A DNA stretch of 64,000 nt from an uncultured Acidobacteriota bacterium (GTDB taxonomy: Bacteria; Acidobacteriota; Thermoanaerobaculia; UBA5066), in assembly GCA_963779415.1 (NCBI GenBank), contig CAVZYA010000003.1, forward strand, positions 288,001-352,000, read 5' to 3'. The translations under genes were made by a program, and so were the position numbers. Shown here in pieces: positions 49,826 through 58,813 of the stretch. The notes beneath the pieces are model-generated. The model was not told where the DNA came from. It did no database searches and was given only the letters and a program-made list of their open reading frames with translations. Numbering within the stretch: position 1 is the first letter of the stretch; every line of letters starts with the position of its first letter.

Positions 49826-52804
49826 GTGCGGAGGGCCCGGCCCCTGGGCCTCGCCCTCCTGCTCGCGTTGCTCGGCGGAGCGGGCGCCGCGGCCGGCGAC
49901 GAGCCGGCGCCGTTCGCCACGGCGTGGATCGTCGTCTCCCCGGGCGACCCGAGAATCACGGCGCTCCAGAAGGCGCCACCGTTGCCCCTCTCGCCGAACG
50001 CTCCGGGCCTCCTACTCGAGGTGCCGGCGACCAGCTTCGGTGATGCCGGGTCCGTGGAGTCGGCGCGCCGCCTCGTCTCGTTCGCGCATCGTTCGGGATG
50101 GAGGTCCGGCCTAGCGCTCGACCTTCCCGACACGGCCGTCCCGACGGACCCGCGCGCCGCCGAAGCCTCGACGCCGGAGACGCTCTATCCCGGTCTCGGG
50201 ACGCTCCTTGCGGCTTCTGCCGGAGCGGACCTCTTCGTCCTCGGCTTTCCGGCGCTCGAAGAGAAGTCCCTCCCGGCCCGGCGCTTCGTCCTCCGGAAGG
50301 TTGCCTCGTCGATACGAGCGGCAAGTCGCTCTTCCCGAGTGGACCTCCTCGTCGATGCGCTTTCCGGCGCGCCGCCCTTCTCGATCGCCGCCCGCGAGTT
50401 TCTCACCGAGGATGTCGCTGCCTACGTGGACCTCTTCGGCCTCCGCGCGCAGGCGCCTCTTCCCTCGCCTTCGGCCCTCAGGGCCGCCGCCGACACGGTC
50501 GGAGAAGGCCGTCCGCTCCTCCTCGTCGTACCGGATCAGGCCGACGCGGCGTCACTTCTCGACCTCGTCGGCCGCTATGCGCCGGCGGGAGTCCCGGCCC
50601 TCGCGGCTCGGCTCCGGCCGGACGGGGGCGACGACACCGCTCTCCTCCGGTTCGGGCGGCTTCTCGCGGGGGACTTCGGCCCCGACGCGCGGGGCGCCTC
50701 CGTCTGGACCGTCGGCGAATCACCCCTCGCGGCCTACCGGTTTCTCGCGAAGGCCGATCTCGGGGGTGTCGTCCTCGTTCCCGGGATCGGCGCCGACGGA
50801 GGACCGTTCCGCGGCGAGATCCTCGTGACGCTCGACGCCGACACGTACTCCGCCTTCGAGGTGACGGAGCTTTCGACCGGCCGGAGCGGTCGCTTCGCGA
50901 TCCCGCCGATGAAGGGTCCGCCGACGCTCACCCTCTCGACGGTCTCGGGGCCGCTGGCCGTCGTCCTCGTCGCGCGCAAGCTTCCTCCGGCCGAGCATCA
51001 CCGCGCCTCGGAGGAGGCGACGGCGTCCCGGGGGATCACGGTCGAGGAGATTCTCGCCCGCCATCAGGCCTGGCGCGCCGCCCGCGACGCCCGCTGGAAA
51101 CGCCTCCAGGCTCGGAACACGACCTCCTACCGGATCCGCCTCGTCGGGCTGAACGAGTCCGCGGATCTGACGGTTTCCGGGGCCTTCTTCTTCGAACCCG
51201 GAAAGGGGTACGACTGGGTCTGGGAGGAGGCCTTCTTCAACGGAGTCCGGTGGCCGGGAAAGACCGTCCCGAAGCTCCCTCTCCTCCAGCCCGAGAAGGT
51301 CTCGGAGCTGCCGCTCGCCCTCACGTTCAACGATGCCTACCGGTACCGCCTCGACGGGGAGGAGGTCGTCGGCGGCATTCCCTGCTGGCGCCTCGCCTTC
51401 GAGCCGGTCGCGGAGTTCTCGGACCAGCCGATTTTTTCCGGAGACGTCTTCATCTCGCGCCAGGACTTCTCCGTCATCCGCGTCCGGTCGCGGCAGATGA
51501 ACCTGAAGGGAGACGTCCAGGCGGCGGACGAGACGACCGACTTCGAGATCGTCGCGCCCGCAAGCGGCGGCCCCGCGATGCGCTTCCCCGTCCATGTGAA
51601 GGGATACACCGTCTTCCGGACCTTCTCGCGCACGACGACGATCGAGCGCGAGACGAAGCTCACAGAGGTCCTCCTCGATCCGCCATCTTTCGCGGAGACA
51701 AAGGCGGCGGCCCTCGCCTCCAACGCGGTCATGGTGCGGGACACCGAAGCGGGGGTCCGGTACCTCGAGAAGACGAAGGAGGGCGAGCGGCGTCCGGCCA
51801 TGAAAGCGAAATCGAGCCAGCTCTTCGGCCTCGCCGGCGTCCTCGTGGACAAGGCCTACTCGACGCCGCTCCCTCTCCTCGGCGTCTACTACGTCGACCT
51901 CGACACCAACCGGGCGGGAGACCAGACCCAGGTCGTCTTCGGGGGGGTCCTCCTGGCCGGCTCCTTCAACCGGCTGGACCTCTTCGGGACGAAGCTGGAG
52001 GCGGGTGCGGACGTCTTCGGCATCGCCATCCGCGCGAACAACACCGTCTGGGCCGACGGCGCGAGGGTCGACGCCGAAACCGTGGGGACGCGCTCCTTCG
52101 GGGTCAACCTGAACCTCGCCTATCCGATCCTTCCTCATCTGAAGGTGGCGTTCACCCTGGGTGGCGGACACCGGGACTTCGGCGCGACGTCCACCACCGC
52201 GCCGGACTTCGCCATTCCCGTCGATCACTGGCTCTACAGCCTCGAAGGTCGCATGACGTTCGACGCGGGCGGCTACAACCTCACCGGAACCTACGGCTGG
52301 AATCGACGGTCGCGATGGGAGCCGTGGGGATATGCGGGAAACCCCGACTATTCCCCGGACCGCGACCGATTCCAGACGTGGAGCACGACCCTCGCGAAGG
52401 ACTTCTACTTCCCGAGCTTCACCTACCTCACCGCTTCCGGGTCCTGGATGGGCACGGCGAACGCCGACCGCTTCTCGAAGATCACGACCGGGGAGTTCGG
52501 CCGCACCTTCCTGATCGGATTTTCCTCGGGGAGCCTTCGCGTCGAGCAGGCCCTCAGCCTCCAGAGTTCCTTCGGCGTCTCGATCGGGACCCTTTTCCGC
52601 CTCGCGGTCGAATACGACGAGGCCTGGGTCTGGGACGTGCCGTCGGGCTATTCCGGGACGAGCTTCGCGGGCGCCGGGATCATCGGCAGCCTCCCCGGGC
52701 CCTGGTCGACGCTCCTCCGGTTCACGGTCGGAACTCCCGTCATCGGGCGCGACAAGGGGTATGGCGGGGTCACGGCGGCCGTGAACGTCCTCGTGATCTT
52801 CTGA
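49826..52804 (+). CDS. Large exported multidomain protein, probable C-terminal outer-membrane beta-barrel
   Basis: Signal peptide; central 'VEEILARHQ' LolA/RseB-like segment; amphipathic beta-strands ending in terminal Phe. Confidence 0.6.
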   Translation: MRRARPLGLALLLALLGGAGAAAGDEPAPFATAWIVVSPGDPRITALQKAPPLPLSPNAPGLLLEVPATSFGDAGSVESARRLVSFAHRSGWRSGLALDLPDTAVPTDPRAAEASTPETLYPGLGTLLAASAGADLFVLGFPALEEKSLPARRFVLRKVASSIRAASRSSRVDLLVDALSGAPPFSIAAREFLTEDVAAYVDLFGLRAQAPLPSPSALRAAADTVGEGRPLLLVVPDQADAASLLDLVGRYAPAGVPALAARLRPDGGDDTALLRFGRLLAGDFGPDARGASVWTVGESPLAAYRFLAKADLGGVVLVPGIGADGGPFRGEILVTLDADTYSAFEVTELSTGRSGRFAIPPMKGPPTLTLSTVSGPLAVVLVARKLPPAEHHRASEEATASRGITVEEILARHQAWRAARDARWKRLQARNTTSYRIRLVGLNESADLTVSGAFFFEPGKGYDWVWEEAFFNGVRWPGKTVPKLPLLQPEKVSELPLALTFNDAYRYRLDGEEVVGGIPCWRLAFEPVAEFSDQPIFSGDVFISRQDFSVIRVRSRQMNLKGDVQAADETTDFEIVAPASGGPAMRFPVHVKGYTVFRTFSRTTTIERETKLTEVLLDPPSFAETKAAALASNAVMVRDTEAGVRYLEKTKEGERRPAMKAKSSQLFGLAGVLVDKAYSTPLPLLGVYYVDLDTNRAGDQTQVVFGGVLLAGSFNRLDLFGTKLEAGADVFGIAIRANNTVWADGARVDAETVGTRSFGVNLNLAYPILPHLKVAFTLGGGHRDFGATSTTAPDFAIPVDHWLYSLEGRMTFDAGGYNLTGTYGWNRRSRWEPWGYAGNPDYSPDRDRFQTWSTTLAKDFYFPSFTYLTASGSWMGTANADRFSKITTGEFGRTFLIGFSSGSLRVEQALSLQSSFGVSIGTLFRLAVEYDEAWVWDVPSGYSGTSFAGAGIIGSLPGPWSTLLRFTVGTPVIGRDKGYGGVTAAVNVLVIF

Positions 52805-52826
52805 CACCCCCTAGAATCCCTTTTCG

Positions 52827-53435
52827 ATGGGAGCCTCCCTCGCCGTCGCGCTCTTCCTCCTCGCCTCCCCCGCTCCACGGGACGGCTGGCCGCTGGCCGC
52901 CGAGCTGCTCGTCGGCGCCGACGCCGCCGCTCTCGCTCCCCCCGACTTCAAGCGCCAGATCGTCAGACACCGTGATCGGCTGATGGCAGGAATCCGGGAT
53001 GCCGCCGGGGCCGACTCCGGAGGAAACGACGCGGCAACACACCGGGCGGCGGCCGCACGGCTGGCCCGGAAGATGGCTGCCGCCATCCGCGGCCGGACCC
53101 CCTTCGAAGACGTCGCCTTCATGTCGGGCGGCCTCGTCCACGAAGCGGCCGAGGCGGCGCGCCTCTCGGGCGGCGCCGATGCCGGTGAGCTCGCGCGCGC
53201 CTCGAAGAGGGCGCGCTTCCTCGGCTACTCCGCCCCCCCGTTCGCCGATCCCGAGGCCCTCGCGGCCAGCGTCCCGCTCTCTCCCGGCGCGACGCCCACG
53301 GCCGTCTACGACGCCGCCGTGACCGTCTCGACGCGTCTCTTCGCCTGGGTCTGGAAGAGCGCCGGCGGAGATGCCTCGATCGTGACGAAGTACCCCGGAT
53401 CGGGGGGCCCTTACCCTCTCCGGGATTCCCCGTAG
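52827..53435 (+). CDS. Exported helical hypothetical protein
   Basis: Signal peptide, then 'W...LAPPDFKRQI...G' pattern reminiscent of the PLC/P1-nuclease fold. Confidence 0.5.
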   Translation: MGASLAVALFLLASPAPRDGWPLAAELLVGADAAALAPPDFKRQIVRHRDRLMAGIRDAAGADSGGNDAATHRAAAARLARKMAAAIRGRTPFEDVAFMSGGLVHEAAEAARLSGGADAGELARASKRARFLGYSAPPFADPEALAASVPLSPGATPTAVYDAAVTVSTRLFAWVWKSAGGDASIVTKYPGSGGPYPLRDSP

Positions 53436-53447
53436 AATCCGCCCGCC

Positions 53448-54992
53448 GTGAAGAACAGACGCCGCGCCCTCCTCTCCGTTTCCGACCGCACCGGTCTCCT
53501 CGAATTCGCGCGGGGGCTCGCGGCTCTCGGCTTCGAGATCGTCTCCACCGGAGGAACCGCCGCCGCCCTCGCGGAGGGGGGGCTCGGCGTCACGCCCGTC
53601 TCGGACCTGACATCTTTTCCCGAACTCTTCGGCGGGCGGGTCAAGACCCTCCATCCGAAGGTCTTCGGAGGAATCCTCTACGACCGCTCGTCACCACGCG
53701 ACGCCGCCGAAGCCGCGACCAACGAGGTCGGACCGATCGACGTCGTCGCCGTGAACCTCTATCCCTTCGAGCAGACGATCGCCTCCGGCACCGCAACGTT
53801 CGCCGAGGCGATCGAGAAGATCGACATCGGCGGGCCGTCGCTCCTTCGTGCCGCAGCCAAGAACCATGCGCACGTTGCCGTGGTCTGCGATCCGGCGGAC
53901 TACCCTTCGGTCCTCGAGGAGCTGCGCGCCGGCGGGGCCGTCACGGGCGCCACGCGGTGCCGGCTCGCGGCGAAGGTCTTCCGGCGGACCGCCGCCTACG
54001 ACGCCGCGATCGCGCGATGGTTCTCCCGCGAGGCGGGGGCGGGCGACTTCCCGGAGCGCCTGACGCCCTCGTTCGCGCTCGTCTCCAGGCTTCGTTACGG
54101 GGAAAACCCGCACCAGAGAGGCGCGCTCTACGCCGATCCGGCGGCCTCTCCGGCCGCGCTCGCCCGGGCCCGGGTGCTCCAGGGGAAGGAGCTTTCGTAC
54201 AACAACTTCCTCGACGCCGACGCCGCGCTCTTCGCGGCGCGCACTCTCGGCGCCGGAGGCCTCGCGATCATCAAGCACCGGATACCCTCCGGCGCCGCCA
54301 TCGCCCCGACCCTCGCGGAGGCCTTCGCGGCGGCCTGGGAGTCGGACCCCATCGCGGGCTTCGGAGGGGTCGTGGCATACGCCGGCGTTCTCGACGCCGA
54401 GGGAGCCGCCGCGCTCACTTCCCGATTCCTCGAGGTCGTCGTCGTCCACGCCGTGACCGAGGACGCGAAGCCCTTCCTCGCGAAGAAGCCGAACCTCCGG
54501 ATCCTCACCGTGGCGCCGGAGAGCGGGCCCCGGCCGCGCCTCGAGATGCGCGGCGTCGACGGCGGCCTCCTCGTCGAGGACGGAGATCTCGGCCCCGACG
54601 ACGAGGGTGCCTGGAAGGTCGTGACGAAGCGCGCCCCGACGGAAGCCGAGCGGGCCGCGCTCCGCTTCGCCTTCAAGGTCGTCCGGGCGGTCGTCTCGAA
54701 TGCGATCGTCGTCGCCGGTCCCTCCGCGACTTACGGAATCGGCGGCGGACGGACGAGCCGCGTCGACGCCTGCCGCGACGCCGTGGAAAAGGCCGGCGCC
54801 CGCGCCCGGGGGGCCGTCGCCGCGTCGGACGCCTTCTTTCCGTTCCCCGACGGCCCCGAGGTCCTCGCGGGCGCGGGGGTGACCGCGATCATTCAGCCGG
54901 GAGGCTCGGTCCGGGACGCCGAGGCCGTCGCGGCAGCCGATGCCGCAGGCGTCGCCATGCTCTTCACGGGCACGCGGCACTTCCGCCATTGA
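53448..54992 (+). CDS. purH: Bifunctional AICAR transformylase/IMP cyclohydrolase
   Basis: 'RALLSVSD', 'GRVKTLHP', 'IDIGG', 'LRYGENPHQ', 'SDAFFPF', 'RHFRH'. Confidence 0.97.
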   Translation: MKNRRRALLSVSDRTGLLEFARGLAALGFEIVSTGGTAAALAEGGLGVTPVSDLTSFPELFGGRVKTLHPKVFGGILYDRSSPRDAAEAATNEVGPIDVVAVNLYPFEQTIASGTATFAEAIEKIDIGGPSLLRAAAKNHAHVAVVCDPADYPSVLEELRAGGAVTGATRCRLAAKVFRRTAAYDAAIARWFSREAGAGDFPERLTPSFALVSRLRYGENPHQRGALYADPAASPAALARARVLQGKELSYNNFLDADAALFAARTLGAGGLAIIKHRIPSGAAIAPTLAEAFAAAWESDPIAGFGGVVAYAGVLDAEGAAALTSRFLEVVVVHAVTEDAKPFLAKKPNLRILTVAPESGPRPRLEMRGVDGGLLVEDGDLGPDDEGAWKVVTKRAPTEAERAALRFAFKVVRAVVSNAIVVAGPSATYGIGGGRTSRVDACRDAVEKAGARARGAVAASDAFFPFPDGPEVLAGAGVTAIIQPGGSVRDAEAVAAADAAGVAMLFTGTRHFRH

Positions 54993-55597
54993 GGCTCGCG
55001 CTTCTTCTCCCCTTTCTTCTCGCGGCGGCCGATCCGGCCTCGGTTCTTTCGGCCGTCCGGAAGGCCTACACGGCGAGCGCGTCCTCGACCTCGAAGTTCG
55101 TCGAGACGTACGCGCCCGCGGGGTTTCCGGCCGCGGCTCCCGAGGCGGGACGCGTGACGCTTCAGGCCCCGGACCAGGTCCGGTTCGACTACGACGGGCC
55201 GGAGGGAAAGCTCTTCACGTTCGACGGGAAAGCCGCGCGCCAGTACGTCGCGGCCGACAACCAGATGATCGTCAAGACGCTCCGCCCCGAGGAGCGCGAG
55301 AGGCTTCCGCTCCTCTTTCTCGAGTCGCCCGAGACGGTCCTCCGGCGCTATACGGTCACGGCGAGCGACTCGGGGGGAGGGCTCGTCGAGCTGACGCTCC
55401 GCCCGAGGGCCGGGAGCGAGCCGTCCCGGATCCTCCTCGACGTCGACGCGTCCGGAGAGGTGAAGCGTCTCGTCGTCACGGACGCCGCCGGCAACCGGAC
55501 GACGTTCGACTTCTCGGACAAGGAGGCCGGCCCGCGCCGGCCCGCTTCCGACTTCACGCTGAGTCCTCCGGCCGGGACGAAAGTCCTCGCGGACTGA
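54989..55597 (+). CDS. lolA: Outer-membrane lipoprotein carrier LolA family
   Basis: Signal peptide, 'GRVTLQAPDQVRFDY', 'D..GNRT', 'FTLSPPAGTKV'; TTGA overlap with purH. Confidence 0.75.
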   Translation: MRLALLLPFLLAAADPASVLSAVRKAYTASASSTSKFVETYAPAGFPAAAPEAGRVTLQAPDQVRFDYDGPEGKLFTFDGKAARQYVAADNQMIVKTLRPEERERLPLLFLESPETVLRRYTVTASDSGGGLVELTLRPRAGSEPSRILLDVDASGEVKRLVVTDAAGNRTTFDFSDKEAGPRRPASDFTLSPPAGTKVLAD

Positions 55598-55615
55598 AAG
55601 GAGTGAGGACGAATC

Positions 55616-56107
55616 ATGGGTGACCCGAGCTTCGACGTCGTCTCCGAGGTAAACCTCCCGGAAGTCGCCAATGCGGTCGCCCAGGCCCAGAAGGAAATCG
55701 GCCAGCGCTTCGACCTCAAAGCGACCGCCGCCGGCCTCACGCTAGCCGCCACCGAGCTGACGCTCGCGGCGAACGACGAGTTCGGCCTCAAGGCCGTGAA
55801 CGACGTTCTCCAGGCGAAGCTCGTCAAGCGCTCGGTTCCCCTGAAAGCTCTCGACTACGGCGCCGTCGAGCCTGCGGCGAAGGGAACCGTACGGCAGGTC
55901 GTCACGATCCGTCAGGGGATCGCGATCGAGAAGGCCCGGGAGATCGTCAAGGCGATCAAGGACGCGAAGCTCAAGGTTCAGGTGTCGATCCAGGGGGACC
56001 AGGTGCGCGTCACGGGGAAGAAGAAGGACGACCTCCAGTCCGTCATCGCCCTCCTCCGGGCCGCGGATTTCCGCATTCCCCTCCAGTTCACGAACTACCG
56101 GGGCTGA
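55616..56107 (+). CDS. yajQ: YajQ family nucleotide/c-di-GMP-binding protein
   Basis: 'PSFDVVS', 'RFDLK', 'IQGDQVRVTGKKKDDLQ', 'LQFTNYR'. Confidence 0.95.
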   Translation: MGDPSFDVVSEVNLPEVANAVAQAQKEIGQRFDLKATAAGLTLAATELTLAANDEFGLKAVNDVLQAKLVKRSVPLKALDYGAVEPAAKGTVRQVVTIRQGIAIEKAREIVKAIKDAKLKVQVSIQGDQVRVTGKKKDDLQSVIALLRAADFRIPLQFTNYRG

Positions 56108-56195
56108 GCGTCCGCCCCGCGACATCCCTCCTCCCCGGGCCGTCGTCGTCGGTGCGGGAAAAGGAGGCGCTCGCGATAAGATCGCCGCCGGATCG

Positions 56196-57254
56196 ATGAA
56201 GCCGAGCACTCTGAAGGAGCGCCTTCTCACCGCCACTCTCCCGGCCGAGGAGCGTGAGAACGGCCGACGGCTCCTCCGGGCACTCGAGCCGATCCGTTCG
56301 AAGCTGGACCAGGTGGAGGCGGAGCTGGCTCAGCGCAGCCGTTCCCCGATCCCGACGATCTCGCTCATCGGGGACTACCTCGTCGAGGGGGGCGGCAAAC
56401 GGATCCGGCCGTCGCTCCTCCTCCTCGCCTCCCGGCTCCTCGGCTACGACGGGGAGCGCGACGTCCGTTACGCGGCCGTCATCGAGTTCATCCACACGGC
56501 GACCCTCGTCCACGACGACATCATCGACGACGCGGAGACGCGCCGCGGCCGTGCCAGCGTGAACCGGCGCTGGGGAAACGAGCTGACGGTCCTCTTCGGC
56601 GACTACCTCTATATGAAGTCGATGGAGATCTCCCTCGAGGAAGGGGACCTCCGGGTCCTTCAGCTCCTCTCGCGTGTGACGCTCGAGATGACCGAGGGGG
56701 AGATCATCGCGTCGGAGAGGCGGGGGCTCCTCGAGCTGACGCTCGACGGCTACCTCGACATCGTCCGGCGAAAGACGGCTCTGCTCTTCGCGGCGTCGTG
56801 CCGGATCCCGGCGTTCCTCGTCGACACCTTCCACGGAGAGCCGGCGGAAGCGTGGGGCGAGCGCCTCTGGGAGTTCGGTCTCTCCCTCGGAATCGCCTTC
56901 CAGCTCCAGGACGACCTCCTCGACTACACGGCGACGGAAGAGGAGCTGGGCAAGCCGGTCCTTTCCGACCTTCGTGAGGGAAAGCTGACCCTTCCCCTCA
57001 TCCTGAGCCTCGAGGACGCCACCTGGGCCGAGCGGAAGCAGATCGAGACCGTCGTGGCCGAGGGACGCTTTCTCTCCGTCTCCCCGGGGGAGATCCTCGC
57101 GATCGTCGAACGGCTGGGGGCGGTCGAGCGGGCGCGCCGGATGGTCGATGACTACGCAGAGCGCGCCCGCCGCATCGCCGAAGCGTTTCCCGATTCCCCC
57201 TCTCGGGACGGGCTCCTTCTGGCGGCCGATTTCGCGGCCCACCGCCGTAAATAG
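56196..57254 (+). CDS. Polyprenyl diphosphate synthase (IspB-like)
   Basis: 'GGKRIRP', 'LVHDDIID...RRG', 'KTA', 'FQLQDDLLD', 'EGKLTLP'. Confidence 0.94.
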   Translation: MKPSTLKERLLTATLPAEERENGRRLLRALEPIRSKLDQVEAELAQRSRSPIPTISLIGDYLVEGGGKRIRPSLLLLASRLLGYDGERDVRYAAVIEFIHTATLVHDDIIDDAETRRGRASVNRRWGNELTVLFGDYLYMKSMEISLEEGDLRVLQLLSRVTLEMTEGEIIASERRGLLELTLDGYLDIVRRKTALLFAASCRIPAFLVDTFHGEPAEAWGERLWEFGLSLGIAFQLQDDLLDYTATEEELGKPVLSDLREGKLTLPLILSLEDATWAERKQIETVVAEGRFLSVSPGEILAIVERLGAVERARRMVDDYAERARRIAEAFPDSPSRDGLLLAADFAAHRRK

Positions 57255-57377
57255 CTGCCCGCGAAGCAGATCCGCTGATCCACCTTATTCCTAATTTCCT
57301 TAGGCCAATGGCGGGAGTATCCCCTTATGTTTTCTGGCAGGCACGGCATTCGACCAGAATCTGACGTAAGAAGTTAG

Positions 57378-57406
57378 GGCCATCGTCGCTATGGCCTTTT
57401 ATTTTT
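57378..57406 (+). terminator. Possible intrinsic terminator
   Basis: GGCCAT-N7-ATGGCC followed by TTTTATTTTT. Confidence 0.45.
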
Positions 57407-57416
57407 CGGATTTCTC

Positions 57417-57452
57417 TTGATTTTCACAGCTCATGGGAATAACTTCTCCACA
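57417..57452 (+). promoter_or_regulatory. Sigma70-like promoter overlapped by DnaA-box-like 9-mers
   Basis: TTGATT-N17-TAACTT; TTCTCCACA (57444-57452) and TGGGAATAA (57434-57442). Confidence 0.45.
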
Positions 57453-57495
57453 GCCCCTGATGGTCGAATAGAACGCAACGCCGAACGGAGAGGGA

Positions 57496-57930
57496 ATGTT
57501 CGAGAAGCTCTTCCGATCGTTCCGGACGACCTTCAACGATTCGCGTCGTGAGGAGTTCACGCTCGAAGAGGAAGTCGCCCTCTACCGCCACCGCGCCGAC
57601 CTCGCGCTCGAGGAAGAGCGCTGGAACGACGCGTTGGTCTTCCTGGCCAAGATCCTTCGCCTGAACCCGTACGACCTGCAGGCCCGCATGGCCGTCGCCT
57701 GGACCTACCACTACAAGCTCGGCGAGGCGACGAAGGCGCTCCTGACGTACGAGAAGGTGATCGCCGCCGCAGGCTATGACGAGTCGAACTCGTACTCTGC
57801 GGCCGCGCGCGAAGGGATTCGAGAGCTTGCCTTTTCCGCCGAAGTTCCGTCTCTTCCGATGGACGGCCTGATGGACGAAGAGTCCGAAGCCGGGCCCTCG
57901 GGCGACGCCTCCCGAAGCGCCGCCGTCTAG
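57496..57930 (+). CDS. Small TPR protein
   Basis: GGAGAGG RBS; TPR-like 'ALVFLAKILRLNP..ARMAVA..Y...LGEATKALLTYEKVI'. Confidence 0.75.
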   Translation: MFEKLFRSFRTTFNDSRREEFTLEEEVALYRHRADLALEEERWNDALVFLAKILRLNPYDLQARMAVAWTYHYKLGEATKALLTYEKVIAAAGYDESNSYSAAAREGIRELAFSAEVPSLPMDGLMDEESEAGPSGDASRSAAV

Positions 57931-57959
57931 CCTCCTCCTTCTCCCGTTCCCCGGTCTCG

Positions 57960-57990
57960 CGCCCGCCTCCGGGCGGGCGTCTCCTCTTTC
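57960..57990 (+). terminator. GC hairpin, possible terminator
   Basis: CGCCCGCC-TCCG-GGCGGGCG then a pyrimidine tract. Confidence 0.4.
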
Positions 57991-58027
57991 GTTGACGATT
58001 CCTCGGGGCGCGATGCTAGTATCGAAC

Positions 58028-58813
58028 GTGCCCCGCGTTGCGGTCGTCATCCCTTCCCGATTCGGCGCCGAGCGCTTTCCGGGCAAGCCTCTCCACCCCA
58101 TTGCCGGTGTTCCGATGGTCGTCCGCGTCCTGAAGCGGGCGCAGGAGGCGGAAAGGATCGACCTCGTCCTCGTCGCGACGGACGACGCGCGGATCGCCTC
58201 CGCCGTCGAGGCGGCGGGCGGCCGGGCCGTCCTGACCGACCCGGCCCTCCCGTCGGGAACCGACCGGGTCTTCGCGGCCGTCCGCGACCTACCGGTCGAG
58301 ATCGTCCTGAACGTCCAGGGGGACGAGCCGCTCATGGACCCGCGCAACATCGAGCGCGTGGCCGATTTCCTTCGGGCGCACCCGGAGTTCCCCCTCGCCA
58401 CGGTCGCGCTCCCCCTCCCGGAAGAGGGCGACGCCGCCGATCCGAACGTCGTCAAGGTCGTCCGCGGCGACGACGGCCGGGCCCTCTACTTCTCGCGCGC
58501 GCCCATTCCGTATCGCCGCCGGCCCGAGCCGGGCCTTGCCACACTGAAACATCTCGGGCTCTACGGCTACCGGAAGGAGGCCCTGAAGCGCTGGACCGAG
58601 CTGCCTCCGCACCCGCTCGAGCGGGCCGAGAGCCTCGAGCAGCTCCGCGCCCTCGCGGCCGGGATGGCGATGGCCGTTCTCGATGCCGCGAGCGACTCGA
58701 TCGGGGTCGACACGATCGAGGATGCCCGAAGAGTCGAGGAGATTCTGAGAAAGCGTGACCTGGGCCCCGAAGCCAACATCGTGATTCCCGCGGAGGTGCA
58801 GAGTGGGAACTAA
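58028..58813 (+). CDS. kdsB: CMP-KDO synthetase
   Basis: '[15 protein letters not shown]', 'SGTDR', 'NVQGDEP', 'ALYFSR', 'ESLEQLR', 'GVDT.ED'. Confidence 0.95.
   Translation: MPRVAVVIPSRFGAERFPGKPLHPIAGVPMVVRVLKRAQEAERIDLVLVATDDARIASAVEAAGGRAVLTDPALPSGTDRVFAAVRDLPVEIVLNVQGDEPLMDPRNIERVADFLRAHPEFPLATVALPLPEEGDAADPNVVKVVRGDDGRALYFSRAPIPYRRRPEPGLATLKHLGLYGYRKEALKRWTELPPHPLERAESLEQLRALAAGMAMAVLDAASDSIGVDTIEDARRVEEILRKRDLGPEANIVIPAEVQSGN

Noticed and set aside
57334-57355. Sigma54 promoter (GGCACG)
   Set aside because: The -12 TTGC element is missing at the required spacing.
57255-57495. Chromosomal oriC
   Set aside because: Only a few degenerate boxes, no clear DUE repeats, and no dnaA/dnaN/gidA context; kept only as a possible DnaA-regulated promoter.
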